44,027 nucleotides of DNA from an uncultured Phycisphaerae bacterium (GTDB lineage Bacteria > Planctomycetota > Phycisphaerae > UBA1845 > DATKUK01). Numbering within the stretch: position 1 is the first letter of the stretch; every line of letters begins with the position of its first letter. Made by a program: the position numbers and the translations under genes. The DNA is taken from contig CBFCZG010000002.1 in assembly GCA_965602375.1 (NCBI GenBank), forward strand, positions 1-44,027, read 5' to 3'. Below the pieces are notes generated by a model. It was not told the DNA's origin, did not search any database, and saw only the letters and a list, made by a program, of their open reading frames with translations. This document shows, piece by piece, positions 34,831-44,027 of this stretch.

Positions 34831-34905
34831 GCCGTCCAGCCTACCGCGCTACGGGGGACCTGTCGACGCGGCAATGTGGCCTGTGGTGCAAGCGTCGCCT
34901 CGGCG

Positions 34906-34935
34906 TTGCGGTGCGTGCGGGCAGGCGACTATACT
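34906..34935 (+). promoter_or_regulatory. Candidate promoter upstream of the tpx cluster
   Basis: TTGCGG (34906-34911), 18-nt spacer, TATACT (34930-34935). It would give a leader of about 200 nt. Confidence 0.3.
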
Positions 34936-35146
34936 CGACGTGTGGCTGGTACAAGCCCGTCCACTGGGGTACGTCGGGCCGACGGCGCGGAGGCAATGGG
35001 TTCTGGGCATGGGTTCGGTAGCGGCTGTCCCAATCGTGCCGGCGCATCGCACGCGCCTAAGATGAGTAGTGCTGGACGATGCCCGGCGTGCGGGCTGGAT
35101 CGGGCACGAGATACCGAGCGCGGCTCTTGCAGGAAAGGGTTTGGCC

Positions 35147-35746
35147 ATGGGCAGCTGGAAGGTCAGGAGGGTGCGGGTACGCGGCGGCACGGTCGACGGC
35201 AGGCCGTTGCGACCGGGTCTAGTCACGATGAAGGGCAAGCCGCTAACCCTCGTGGGCGGTTGGGTGCAGACCGACGATGGGGTCGACGGAGGTGTGCAGA
35301 CCGGGGGCATGGCGCCTGAGTTTGTTGCCGTTGACAACGACCTGGAGACGGTCGCGTCACCGTCGTTCCGCGGCAAGGTATGTGTGTTCGTGTCGGTGCC
35401 GTCGTTGGACACGAGCGTGTGCGACGTAGAGGTACGACGCTTCAACAAAGAAGCCGCAGTCTTGGCTGACGACGTGCTGGTGGTCACGGTCAGCATGGAC
35501 CTGCCGTTCGCTCAGAAGCGCTGGTGCGGCGCGGCCGGCGTCGATCGCGTGATGACGTTGTCCGACTATCGCGAGGCATCGTTCGGCAAAGCGTACGGCG
35601 TTCTGATCGCAGAGCTTCGACTGCTGGCCAGAGCGGTGTTTGTGGTGGATCGGGAGGGCGTGCTGCGATACCAGCAGTTGGTCAGAGAGTTGACCGAAGA
35701 GCCCGATTACGATCAAGTCCTCGAGGCCGTCAGCAAAGTGACTTGA
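35147..35746 (+). CDS. tpx: Thiol peroxidase (atypical 2-Cys peroxiredoxin, Tpx)
   Basis: Motifs [11 protein letters not shown] (peroxidatic Cys) and [10 protein letters not shown] (resolving Cys), with C-terminal [15 protein letters not shown] at 35147 is preceded by GGAAAGGG. ATG at 35228 is an alternative start. Confidence 0.85.
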   Translation: MGSWKVRRVRVRGGTVDGRPLRPGLVTMKGKPLTLVGGWVQTDDGVDGGVQTGGMAPEFVAVDNDLETVASPSFRGKVCVFVSVPSLDTSVCDVEVRRFNKEAAVLADDVLVVTVSMDLPFAQKRWCGAAGVDRVMTLSDYREASFGKAYGVLIAELRLLARAVFVVDREGVLRYQQLVRELTEEPDYDQVLEAVSKVT

Positions 35747-35775
35747 CCGCACGACCCAGCGGCGAGGTGCGGCCG

Positions 35776-35958
35776 GTGAAACGATACGTTTGCAGCATGT
35801 GCGGATACGTGTACGACCCCGAGTTCGGCGTTGCCGACAACGACGTCCCGCCCGGCACCTCGTTCGAAAGCCTGCCGCAAGAGTGGGTCTGCCCGAAGTG
35901 CGGTGCGCCGAAGCGGAAATTCGTGCCTGAACGGCCTGAAACGTCGCTGACGTTGTAG
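35776..35958 (+). CDS. Rubredoxin
   Basis: (V)[14 protein letters not shown]...[10 protein letters not shown], with the two CxxCG knuckles. GTG start at 35776 (or 35767), preceded by GAGG. Confidence 0.8.
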   Translation: MKRYVCSMCGYVYDPEFGVADNDVPPGTSFESLPQEWVCPKCGAPKRKFVPERPETSLTL

Positions 35959-36006
35959 GCGACCGGGGCGAGACCTGGAGCCGCCGAACCAGCGGGAGCA
36001 GCCGCA

Positions 36007-37425
36007 ATGGAATATCGAACGGAGAAGGACACGCTGGGGGAGGTGAAGGTGCCACGGGATCGCTACTTCGGCGCGCAGACGCAGCGCGCCGTCGAGAACT
36101 TCCCGGTGAGCAACCTGCGACTTCAGTCAGCGTTCGTGCGGGCCCAGGCCACGATCAAATGGGCAGCCGCCAAGGCCAACATGGATGCAGGCGCGTTGGA
36201 CAGAACGATCGGTGAGGCGCTGGTCAAGGCCGCAGAAGAGCTGATCGCGGGCAGACTGCGCGATGAATTCGTGGTGGACGTCTTCCAGGCTGGAGCGGGC
36301 ACCTCGCAGAACATGAACATGAACGAGGTCCTGGCCAACCGGGCCCACGAGATTCTGGGCGGCAGACTGGGTGAGGCCACTCGCGTACATCCCAACGACC
36401 ACGCGAACATGAGTCAGTCGACCAACGATACGATCCACACGGCCATTCACGTCGCGGCGGTGATGGAGGTCCGCGATCGGCTGCTGCCGGCCATGGCCCG
36501 CCTCGAACGGGCGTTGGCGCACAAGGCTGAGGCATTCGAGGAGGTGGTCAAATGCGGGCGAACCCACATGCAGGACGCCGTTCCGCTGCGGCTGGGCCAG
36601 GAATTCGGGGCATATGCGAGCATGTTGCGCCTTGGGCGCCGGCGTATTGAGCAGGCCACGGATAGTCTGCGGTCGTTGTGCATCGGCGGAACGGCTGTGG
36701 GAACAGGGCTGAACGCTCCGCCCGGCTACCGCAGCAATGTGATCAAGTATATCAACGAGGCCACGGGCGAGCCGTTCCGCAGCGCTGCAGATCTGTTCGA
36801 GGCGATGCAGAACCTCGATGCCGTGGTCGAGGTGGCCGGCGCGCTGCGGGTGGTGACGGTGAGTTTGCGGAAGATCGCCGCCGACCTGATTCTGCTGAGC
36901 TCAGGACCGCGTGCGGGCCTGGGCGAGTTGCGGTTGCCGGCCGTTCAGCCGGGCTCGTCCATCATGCCGGGCAAGATCAATCCCGTGATGGCGGAGATGC
37001 TAAGCATGGTGTGCTTCCACGCACTGGGCTGCGACGCCGCCATTGCGGGCGCGGCGCAGTTCGGCCAACTGGAACTAAACGTGATGATGCCGGTGGTGGC
37101 ATACAACCTGTTGCAGGAGATCGACATTCTTACCGGCGGGATGGAGGCCTTCACCACGCGCTGTGTGACGGGTATCGAGGCCGATGAGGCGGCGTGCCGT
37201 CGCTACGCCGAGCGAAGCCCGGCGCTGGCGACGGCGTTGAGCCCGCACGTGGGCTATCATCGAGCGGCCGAGTTGGCGATGGAATCGCTGAAGCGCGATG
37301 CGCTGGTTCGCGACCTGGCGTTGGAGGCGAAGCTCATGTCGGAAGCAAAACTCAACGAAGTGCTGGACGTACGACGGATGACGGGCAGCCAGGACGCGAC
37401 AGAGCGTTCGGGAGGTAGTGACTGA
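36007..37425 (+). CDS. aspA: Aspartate ammonia-lyase (AspB-like member of the class II fumarase/aspartase family)
   Basis: Signature GSSIMPGKINPVMAEM, GAGTSQNMNMNEVLANRA, NMSQSTNDT and GRTHMQDAVP. By eye it is closer to Bacillus-type aspartase than to FumC. Confidence 0.8.
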   Translation: MEYRTEKDTLGEVKVPRDRYFGAQTQRAVENFPVSNLRLQSAFVRAQATIKWAAAKANMDAGALDRTIGEALVKAAEELIAGRLRDEFVVDVFQAGAGTSQNMNMNEVLANRAHEILGGRLGEATRVHPNDHANMSQSTNDTIHTAIHVAAVMEVRDRLLPAMARLERALAHKAEAFEEVVKCGRTHMQDAVPLRLGQEFGAYASMLRLGRRRIEQATDSLRSLCIGGTAVGTGLNAPPGYRSNVIKYINEATGEPFRSAADLFEAMQNLDAVVEVAGALRVVTVSLRKIAADLILLSSGPRAGLGELRLPAVQPGSSIMPGKINPVMAEMLSMVCFHALGCDAAIAGAAQFGQLELNVMMPVVAYNLLQEIDILTGGMEAFTTRCVTGIEADEAACRRYAERSPALATALSPHVGYHRAAELAMESLKRDALVRDLALEAKLMSEAKLNEVLDVRRMTGSQDATERSGGSD

Positions 37426-38633
37426 TGGCAGGTGTGTTTGAGGCTGTCAAGGTCAGCAAACACGTGTACTGGGTAGGGGCGATCGACTGGGCGCTGCGGG
37501 ACTTTCACGGGTACTCGACGGCTCGGGGGACGTCGTACAACGCTTATCTTGTTGTGGCGGACAAGATCGCACTGATCGACACGGTGCGTGCCCCTTTCCG
37601 TGACGAGATGATCGCGCGGATTCGGTCGGTCGTGGATCCGGAGCGGATCGACGTGATTGTGTCGAACCATGCAGAGATGGATCACTCCGCTTGCCTGCCG
37701 CACATGGTCGAGCTGGCCAGGCCGGCAAGGGTTCTGGCGTCGGCCAAAGGGGTGGACGCCCTGAGACAGCACCTGCGCCTCGACGGAGACATCGAGGCGG
37801 TCAAGGACGGCGACCGCGTGACTCTGGGCGAGGCAGAGTTGGAGTTCGCCATGACGCCGATGGTCCATTGGCCGGAGAGCATGGTGACCTATCTGCCGAC
37901 CGATCGGGTGCTGTTCTCACAGGACGGGTTCGGGATGCACCTTGCCAGCGGCCAGCGATTCGCCGACGAGCTTGACGAAGACCTCGTCTGGTACGAGACG
38001 ACCAAATACTTCGCCAACATCTTGATGCCGTTCTCTCGCCAGGTAGCCAAACTCATAGAGCGAGTGCGTCAGTTGCAGCCCGGCCCCGAGATCGTGGCGA
38101 CCGATCACGGACCGATCTGGCGGAAGGATCCGGAGGCGATGATCGGGCGGTACGCAGAATGGACCGAGCAGAAACCCACGGACAAGGCCGTCGTGGTGTA
38201 CGACACCATGTGGGGCAGCACGGCAAAGATGGCCGGCGCCATCGCTGAGGGCCTGATCGCCGGCGGCAGCAACGCCAAGGTCATGCCGCTGGCCGGATCG
38301 AACCGCAGCGACGTAGCCACGGAGGTGCTCGAGGCGGGGGCGCTGCTGGTCGGCTCGCCGACGATCAACAACAACATCTTCCCCACGGTGGCCGACGTAA
38401 TGACGTATCTGAAGGGACTGAAGCCGCGGAATCTGATCGGTGCAGCCTTCGGTTCCTATGGCTGGGGCGGTGAGGCGGTTAGACAGATCGACGAGCTGCT
38501 TGGGGCGATGAAGGTGGAACGGGTCGCCGAACCGGTCCGCTGCAAGTACGTCCCGAACGAAGACGCTCTATCGGCGTGTCGGTCACTCGGGTCGGCTGTC
38601 GCGGCACGGTTGCGGCAGAGCTGTGAGGCGTAG
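37425..38633 (+). CDS. Flavodiiron protein (class A; metallo-beta-lactamase-like plus flavodoxin domains; O2/NO reductase)
   Basis: Di-iron motif NHAEMDHS (HxExDH). Flavodoxin segment [22 protein letters not shown]. The ATG overlaps the aspA stop (TGATG) and GGAGG lies 9 nt upstream. Confidence 0.85.
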   Translation: MAGVFEAVKVSKHVYWVGAIDWALRDFHGYSTARGTSYNAYLVVADKIALIDTVRAPFRDEMIARIRSVVDPERIDVIVSNHAEMDHSACLPHMVELARPARVLASAKGVDALRQHLRLDGDIEAVKDGDRVTLGEAELEFAMTPMVHWPESMVTYLPTDRVLFSQDGFGMHLASGQRFADELDEDLVWYETTKYFANILMPFSRQVAKLIERVRQLQPGPEIVATDHGPIWRKDPEAMIGRYAEWTEQKPTDKAVVVYDTMWGSTAKMAGAIAEGLIAGGSNAKVMPLAGSNRSDVATEVLEAGALLVGSPTINNNIFPTVADVMTYLKGLKPRNLIGAAFGSYGWGGEAVRQIDELLGAMKVERVAEPVRCKYVPNEDALSACRSLGSAVAARLRQSCEA

Positions 38634-38703
38634 GGCCAGGTGTCGCATACCGGCAGGCAATGGGCGGGAGAGTTGTCGTTCGGGCGCAGCAAGGAGCGAT
38701 CGG

Positions 38704-38862
38704 ATGACAAGGTGGAAGTGTCTGGCGTGCGATTACGTCTATGACCCACAAGTGGGCGACCCCGAGTCCGACATCGAACCGGGCACGGCGTTTGAGGATC
38801 TGCCCGAGGACTGGGAGTGTCCTGATTGCGGGGTGGGCAAGGACGAATTCGAACCGGAGTAG
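38704..38862 (+). CDS. Rubredoxin
   Basis: [15 protein letters not shown]...[13 protein letters not shown] is preceded by AAGGAG. Confidence 0.85.
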   Translation: MTRWKCLACDYVYDPQVGDPESDIEPGTAFEDLPEDWECPDCGVGKDEFEPE

Positions 38863-38867
38863 GGTTC

Positions 38868-38893
38868 GATCGACACCTGCGACTGCGTCGATC
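38868..38893 (+). terminator. Weak hairpin between convergent rubredoxin and ggt genes
   Basis: GATCGAC, 12-nt loop, GTCGATC. No T-tract. Confidence 0.25.
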
Positions 38894-38905
38894 CATCGGC
38901 CGAGC

Positions 38906-40540
38906 CTAGTATCCCAGCGCGACACCTTCCGCTCGTGGATCGGAGCCGCCCAGCAGAACCCCGCTGCCGGGATCGCGCACGATCATCTGCACCGCGCCGC
39001 CAATTCCCCAATCTCCGACGGTCTTGACGTTGTGTCCCCTGTCCGCCAAAGCCTTAAGAGTGGCCTCGCCGAAGCGGTCCTCCAGTCGCAGTTCGTAGGG
39101 CTTGCCGATTCCCGGCGGGGAGGCGCCGGGGAAGCTGCTCCAACGAGGTGCTTCGGCGACCTGCTGGGGATTCATACCGAAGTCGATGAAGTTGACGATG
39201 GCCTGGAAATTCCACTGAGGCTGGTTGTCGCCGCCCGGAGTGTTGCCCACGAGCAGCAGTTCATCGCCGCGGCAGATCAAATAGGTGTTGAGCGTGTGGA
39301 CGGTCCGCTTGCCGGGCTCGAGGCGGTCGGGATGTCCCTCGTCAAAGACGAAGCCCTGTGTGAACCCCGGCCGATTATTCAGCAGGATCCCCGTCCCGTC
39401 AGCCACCAATCCGGAACCGAAACCGCTGGACAAGCTGATGATGAACGAAGCCGCGTTGCCCTGTGCGTCAACAACGACAAAAGACGTCGTGTCACCGGCA
39501 TGGTGGATGTCGCCGGCCGCGGCCTTGGCGGCAGCGCGGTGCGGGTCGATCTGTCGGCGACGCCGGTCGGCAAAGCCTTTGGACAGCATGGTCGCTATCC
39601 GGACATCGACGAATGCAGGATCACCGGAATAGGCCAGTCGGTCGGCAAAGGCGAGCTTCTTGGCCTCCACCATGTGGTGGATCACTTCGGCCGAGCCGAA
39701 GCCCATATCGGCCAGATGGAACCCCTCGATGATGTTCAACTCCTCCAGGACGATGTGTCCCTGGGAGGGCAACGCGGTTTCGTAGACGGTACACCCGCGG
39801 TAGTCAGTGTGGATGGGGTCGTACACGTCCGATGCGTGCTGCTCGAATTCTCGCATGGTGAACAGGCCGCCGTTCTTCTCGGAGCAGGCGACGACGGCGC
39901 GAGCGATGTCACCGCGGTAGAACACGTCGCGCCCGCCCTCGGCGATCTTGCGCAGGCTGTCGGCCAGGTCGCGGTTGACCAGCAGGCCGACGCGGTCGGA
40001 GAGGACACCGTCAGCGCAGAAGATCTGCGCACTGCTGGGATACTTCCGCAGCAGCGTATCGCCGGCGATAGCACGTCGCTGGTCGGCCGACATGGCAAAG
40101 CCCTCGTCGGCATATCGGATCGCCGGTTGGAAGAGTTGCGCCAGAGGCATGGTGCCGAATCGTTCGAGCACAGTCGCGTAGGCGTCGATCGCGCCGGGAA
40201 CGGAGACCGAATGAATGCCGTCGGGCGGCAGGTGGGTCATGCCGAGCTTGCGATAGTGCTCGACGGTGGCAGCGTACGGCACGATGCCGCTTCCGTTCAC
40301 GCCGGTGACTTTCCTGGTGACAGCATCGTAATAGAGCACGAAGGCATCGCCGCCGATGCCGCAGGCGGCCGGCAAAACCACATTGAGGACGGCTGCGGTG
40401 GCCACGGCTGCATCCGCCGCGTTGCCGCCTGCCATGAGCACGTCCAGCCCGGTCCGGGACGCCAGCGGATGGGCGGCAGCGATCATGCCGTTTCGGCTGT
40501 ACCGAAGATGACTGCGGAACGGTGCGGATTCATTAGCCAT
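38906..40540 (-). CDS. ggt: Gamma-glutamyltranspeptidase family protein
   Basis: Autoprocessing and nucleophile context HHAGDTTSFVVVD. Also GGNAADAAVA near the N-terminus and C-terminal GGSDPRAEG. ATG is preceded by GGAGA with a 7-nt spacer. Confidence 0.85.
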   Translation of the reverse strand: MANESAPFRSHLRYSRNGMIAAAHPLASRTGLDVLMAGGNAADAAVATAAVLNVVLPAACGIGGDAFVLYYDAVTRKVTGVNGSGIVPYAATVEHYRKLGMTHLPPDGIHSVSVPGAIDAYATVLERFGTMPLAQLFQPAIRYADEGFAMSADQRRAIAGDTLLRKYPSSAQIFCADGVLSDRVGLLVNRDLADSLRKIAEGGRDVFYRGDIARAVVACSEKNGGLFTMREFEQHASDVYDPIHTDYRGCTVYETALPSQGHIVLEELNIIEGFHLADMGFGSAEVIHHMVEAKKLAFADRLAYSGDPAFVDVRIATMLSKGFADRRRRQIDPHRAAAKAAAGDIHHAGDTTSFVVVDAQGNAASFIISLSSGFGSGLVADGTGILLNNRPGFTQGFVFDEGHPDRLEPGKRTVHTLNTYLICRGDELLLVGNTPGGDNQPQWNFQAIVNFIDFGMNPQQVAEAPRWSSFPGASPPGIGKPYELRLEDRFGEATLKALADRGHNVKTVGDWGIGGAVQMIVRDPGSGVLLGGSDPRAEGVALGY

Positions 40541-40567
40541 ACGAATTTCTCCAATTCCTATGGTCGG

Positions 40568-41929
40568 CTACAGCTTGCCAACGAACAGGCGTCGGTGCCA
40601 CAACAGCAGCATGACCGCCCACCCGAGAAGTACCGCCCCGGCCACCTGATGAGCGGTGGCCAGCACGACCTCGGGAGCGGGTGGCGGCCTGACGAAGGCG
40701 GTCGCCCCGGTTGCAATAAAAGCGCCCACGCCCAGCAATACTTGCAGACCCGTCAGAAAGATCAGCGTCAGACCGAGTCGTTGAACGATCCGTTCGTCGT
40801 AGAGGCCCCAAGACCGCAGGCCCGCAGCCACAGCGACTACCGTCACGAAGACCGCCATACTGATGTGGATGACCATAGCGCCGTACCTATGACGCAGAAT
40901 CACGCCCAGGACGAGTTGCACGACCAGTAGAACCACGAGCAGCACAGTAAGTGAACGATCGGTCGCAGCTGCCGAAACAGCAGCGGGACGACGCCCAGCC
41001 ACCCAGGTAGCGGAGGTAGCCACCGTCAGAGCCACCAACAGCGCGAAGAAAAGCTGCCCGAGCGCCCCATGAACCATGGCGATCGTGATGTTCGGCGCCA
41101 TGTCGGCATGCGAGGTGCTGAGCGTGAAGTGGCCGGTCACTCGAAGCCCCCCCAGGATGCCCTGAGCGATAACCGCCACGACGGCGACAGCGGCCGCGGT
41201 CTTGATCGAGCGGCGCCGGTCGGTCACCCACAGATGGATCGCCAGCACCACCGTCGTCAGACCAACCAGTGTCCCAAATAGTCGATGCCCGTGCTCGTAG
41301 TAGATGCCGCCCGTCATCCGCGAAAGCGGGTAGAGAAACATGTTGTAGCCGAACGTGTTGGGCCAGTCGGGCACCGACAGACCGGCCTGTTTGCTGGTGA
41401 CCATCGCGCCGACTGTCAGCAGGATCAGCGTGGCGGCAGCGGCCACACCGGCAAAAGCAGAAGTCCAATTGACCGGATCTTGCCGGTCTGCCTTCCAGCA
41501 AGTGCCCACAGCAGCACCCACGGCCCCGGCAAGTGCGGCCACGAGGATGGAGCCGGGAATCCACCAGAAGGCCGATGGACCGATCTGATTCGGCTGGTCG
41601 CCACCCAGCACACTACCGAGCACCAGCAGGTTGAGCAGTCCGGCCAGCGCCCCTGTTCGAAGACCGCCAAGCCAACCACGGCCCGCGTAGCGTCCGGCCA
41701 CAAAGCCCCCGCCCACAAGACAGGCCAGCATAACGACCAGCAGCACACGACTTGACACCACCACCGGCGACATACGACTGAAGTAGCCGATGCCCCACAT
41801 CGCCACCGTCGTGCCGAATCCTATGGCCAGCAGATCGGCTCGCCCCATGCGTTGAGTTTCGGCCAACTCGTCCATGCATGCTCCAGTGATTGCAGAACCG
41901 GCATCGGGTCGTTTGGCGCGCCCGGCCAT
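40568..41929 (-). CDS. ctaA: Heme A synthase (COX15/CtaA family) with an extra N-terminal membrane domain
   Basis: Motifs AGLSVPDWPNTFG, YEHGHRLFG and MVHGALGQ, plus a C-terminal His-containing helix (TAHQVAGA). About 150 additional N-terminal residues contain several TM segments. Confidence 0.8.
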   Translation of the reverse strand: MAGRAKRPDAGSAITGACMDELAETQRMGRADLLAIGFGTTVAMWGIGYFSRMSPVVVSSRVLLVVMLACLVGGGFVAGRYAGRGWLGGLRTGALAGLLNLLVLGSVLGGDQPNQIGPSAFWWIPGSILVAALAGAVGAAVGTCWKADRQDPVNWTSAFAGVAAAATLILLTVGAMVTSKQAGLSVPDWPNTFGYNMFLYPLSRMTGGIYYEHGHRLFGTLVGLTTVVLAIHLWVTDRRRSIKTAAAVAVVAVIAQGILGGLRVTGHFTLSTSHADMAPNITIAMVHGALGQLFFALLVALTVATSATWVAGRRPAAVSAAATDRSLTVLLVVLLVVQLVLGVILRHRYGAMVIHISMAVFVTVVAVAAGLRSWGLYDERIVQRLGLTLIFLTGLQVLLGVGAFIATGATAFVRPPPAPEVVLATAHQVAGAVLLGWAVMLLLWHRRLFVGKL

Positions 41930-42037
41930 GGGCGCATCATATGCCCGCAGTTCCCAACGATCCAGAAGGTGTGTCAGTGTGGCACAGCGAGGCGCGGCTG
42001 ACGGTCGTGGTAGTAGCCATCGGACAGACGGGCTAAA

Positions 42038-43072
42038 ATGAGAAGGCCTTCGGCTGGTGAGAGAATGCAGACGCAGTCACGGATTCACGATCGGGCGGTC
42101 CCTGAGAGCCTCGCGCGGCTGGGTAAGCGCCTGCGGGCGCTGGCCGAGCTTGCTAAAGCGAGTCTGACAGCACTGGTGCTGCTGACCGTACTGACCGGTT
42201 TCGTGCTGGCCAGCGCTGAGCAAATCGACTGGCTCGTCCTGATGTGGACCTTACTGGGCGCCGGTCTGTCGGCGGCCGGCGCCAACGGGCTGAATCAATT
42301 CATGGAGCGACGGACCGACCGACACATGGCGCGGACGCACGGGCGGCCGCTGCCGAGTGGGCGTCTGCGCCCGCGGGACGCGCTGGCCTGGTCACTGCTT
42401 CTGGCTGTTGCCGGACCGGCGGTGCTTGCATCACATGTAAATCCGCTTGCGACGGCTCTCACGGTAACGGCTGAAGCCGTGTACTTGTGTGTGTACACGC
42501 CGCTGAAGACACGAACATCTCTATGCACGTTGGCTGGCGCGGTTTGCGGAGCGGCTGGGCCGATGATCGGCTGGGCGGCATCGGCGGGCAGGCTCGATGC
42601 CGGCGCGTGGGTCTTGGCGGCTGTGCTGTTCGTATGGCAAGTGCCGCATTTTCTGGCTTTAGGATGGGTGCACCGGCGCGACTATGCGCGAGCGGGTATC
42701 CGCATCCTCCCGGTGCTCGACCGCTCGGGGCGTGCAACCTGCATAGCCATCATCCTGTACAGTTTGGCCTTGCTGCCCGTGGGGCTGACGGCAACGCTCT
42801 GTGGTATGGCGGGGTTGGCTTTCGCGGTGGGGTCGGCAGTCCTGGGGACGGGGCTGTTGGCGCTGGGACTGCAACTCTACGTTTTCCGGAATGCCCGTTA
42901 TGCGCGCCGCGTGTTCGTGGCGAGCGTGGTGTATCTGCCGTTGCTTCTGGGCTTGATGATGGTAGACCGCAGCCCGTTGGATTCGCGCATCCCGGATACT
43001 GCCGGTGCGACCATGACCGACAACACCCGTCCGCAACAAGGCGAGCCCAACACATTCTATGTCTGGCTATAG
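42038..43072 (+). CDS. ctaB: Protoheme IX farnesyltransferase (heme O synthase)
   Basis: UbiA-type motif NQFMERRTDRHMARTHGRPLPSGR and a polytopic membrane profile. ATG at 42065, preceded by GGTGAGAGA, is an alternative start. Confidence 0.85.
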   Translation: MRRPSAGERMQTQSRIHDRAVPESLARLGKRLRALAELAKASLTALVLLTVLTGFVLASAEQIDWLVLMWTLLGAGLSAAGANGLNQFMERRTDRHMARTHGRPLPSGRLRPRDALAWSLLLAVAGPAVLASHVNPLATALTVTAEAVYLCVYTPLKTRTSLCTLAGAVCGAAGPMIGWAASAGRLDAGAWVLAAVLFVWQVPHFLALGWVHRRDYARAGIRILPVLDRSGRATCIAIILYSLALLPVGLTATLCGMAGLAFAVGSAVLGTGLLALGLQLYVFRNARYARRVFVASVVYLPLLLGLMMVDRSPLDSRIPDTAGATMTDNTRPQQGEPNTFYVWL

Positions 43073-43105
43073 AAATCGCCCCACGTGGTCCGGGCGCGTA
43101 GCGAT

Positions 43106-43723
43106 TCAGGGGATCAGAAAGATCAACGTAAACATCACCACCCACACCGCGTCGAGGAAGTGCCAGTACATCGTGCCGTAAAGCACACCCGCGTGATCCT
43201 CGCGCGAGTAGCGCCGACGGAACGCGTTGGCGGTAACAACGCTCAACAGGACGATCCCGCCGAGCACGTGTGCGGCGTGCAGACCCGTCAACGTGTAGAA
43301 GGTAAAGGCGTACAGGCTCGACGACACGGTCACGTGAGCCGCCAGCAGCGTCGACCAGTTGGCGATCTGGCTGACCAGGAAGGCCATCCCCAGCACGAGG
43401 GTGGCCACCATGCCTGCCCGCAGCGCCGCCTGGCGATCCAACCTCGCGCTGCGCAGCGCCCAATGCATGGTCACGCTGCTGAGCAGAAGGATCACCGTGC
43501 TGGCCCACAGCCCGGCGGGAAGCGCGGGCATGCCCGGCGGGGGCCACGCCTCGGCGCGCGAGCGAACCACCAGATACCCGACGATAGACGCGGCGAACAG
43601 CGCCGAAAGCGACACAAGAAACAACGCCATGCCGAATGTACCGGTGCTGGCAGCCGATCGGCCGTCCGGCTGCACCGGCGCGTCGGCGGCAAATCGCTCG
43701 CTGTCCGGCAGCGGTTGGGTCAA
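43106..43723 (-). CDS. ctaE: Cytochrome c oxidase subunit III
   Basis: Motifs FGMALFLVSLSALF, LLLSSVTMHWA, FYTLTGLHAAHVLGG and YWHFLDAVWVVMF. The start is uncertain. TTG at 43723 overlaps the upstream stop (TTGA), and GTG at 43675 is an alternative. The ORF-track extension to 43966 overlaps the subunit IV gene. Confidence 0.75.
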   Translation of the reverse strand: MTQPLPDSERFAADAPVQPDGRSAASTGTFGMALFLVSLSALFAASIVGYLVVRSRAEAWPPPGMPALPAGLWASTVILLLSSVTMHWALRSARLDRQAALRAGMVATLVLGMAFLVSQIANWSTLLAAHVTVSSSLYAFTFYTLTGLHAAHVLGGIVLLSVVTANAFRRRYSREDHAGVLYGTMYWHFLDAVWVVMFTLIFLIP

Positions 43724-44027
43724 CCTGGCGGCTCCGTCGACGTGATGAGTTGATGTTGGTAGTGCGTCGTATCCACAAGCACCAGGCCCACGAAAAGCAG
43801 GATGAACAGCAGCGCGGTCAGCAGGACGACGGCGTAGAACGGCTGATCGTATCGCAGATGCATGAAATATAGCGCGACCAGCGAGGCCTTCACGGTGGCG
43901 ATGACCATCGCCAGCCACAGATTGCCGCCGCCCAGATCGATCCACGTGGCTGCCACCGTCAGACACGTAAGAACGAGCAGGATAGCCCAGACTGCCGCCA
44001 GGACCTTCAGCGGAACGATGTGCACTC
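43720..44027 (-). CDS. Cytochrome c oxidase subunit IV (prokaryotic COX4 family), 5' end probably cut by the window edge
   Basis: Motif KASLVALYFMHLRYD and three hydrophobic helices. The reading frame remains open to the window end. Confidence 0.65.
   Translation of the reverse strand, partial: VHIVPLKVLAAVWAILLVLTCLTVAATWIDLGGGNLWLAMVIATVKASLVALYFMHLRYDQPFYAVVLLTALLFILLFVGLVLVDTTHYQHQLITSTEPPG

Noticed and set aside
38851-38895. tRNA-like GGTTCGATC T-loop sequence
   Set aside because: There is no complementary T-stem, acceptor stem or anticodon arm around it. It spans the rubredoxin stop codon and a simple hairpin.
38741-40930. 729-aa plus-strand ORF
   Set aside because: It is antisense to ggt and the ctaA 3' end, both of which have clear family motifs on the minus strand.
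43724-43966. Upstream extension of the subunit III ORF
   Set aside because: It overlaps the better-supported subunit IV gene in another frame and looks non-protein-like (Arg/Gly/Ala/His-rich).
1-44027. Search by eye for CRISPR arrays, transposases or integrases, terminal inverted repeats, tRNA/rRNA genes, toxin-antitoxin pairs and restriction or defence genes
   Set aside because: I found none. There is no regularly spaced direct repeat array, no recombinase-like ORF, and no compositional island apart from the short AT-richer promoter patch at about 20220-20330. An eye scan cannot exclude short or degenerate elements.

Overview
GC-rich chromosomal segment that is almost fully coding: about 40 CDS, with no tRNA, rRNA, CRISPR array, transposase or integrase that I could recognise. 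The gene content (dockerin/GEVED exoprotein, GldAFG-like ABC module plus DUF4340-like protein, heparinase II/III-like enzyme, lysine-rich DksA) suggests a Planctomycetota-like aerobe. That placement is inference only.

Gene order, left to right:
- Envelope and LPS genes: kdsD and an LpxL-family homolog.
- Exported proteins: a BNR-like propeller and a LolA-like protein, followed by a creatininase-family enzyme.
- rsgA, a lipoprotein-type msrA, and a heparinase-like gene plus an HpcH-aldolase gene.
- A compact operon encoding an ECF sigma factor, a zinc-type anti-sigma factor, a TPR-like protein and a Met-rich exoprotein, closed by a clear terminator.
- A NatAB-like ABC-2 exporter and a convergent PilZ protein.
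- A roughly 550-nt AT-richer, highly structured leader in front of a 1165-aa secreted repeat/GEVED/dockerin protein.
- dksA and lspA.
- A gldA/F/G-like operon with a DUF4340-like gene.
- A glycoside-hydrolase-like gene.
- An O2/peroxide detoxification cluster (tpx, rubredoxin, aspartase, flavodiiron protein, rubredoxin).
- ggt, heme A and heme O synthases, and cytochrome oxidase subunits III and IV.

I see no canonical defence or mobile system. The most unexplained items are the ECF/Met-rich module, the structured leader of the giant exoprotein, the LpxL homolog that appears to lack its catalytic dyad, and the aspartase gene translationally coupled to the flavodiiron gene. All family calls come from motif recognition by eye. 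No database search was run.
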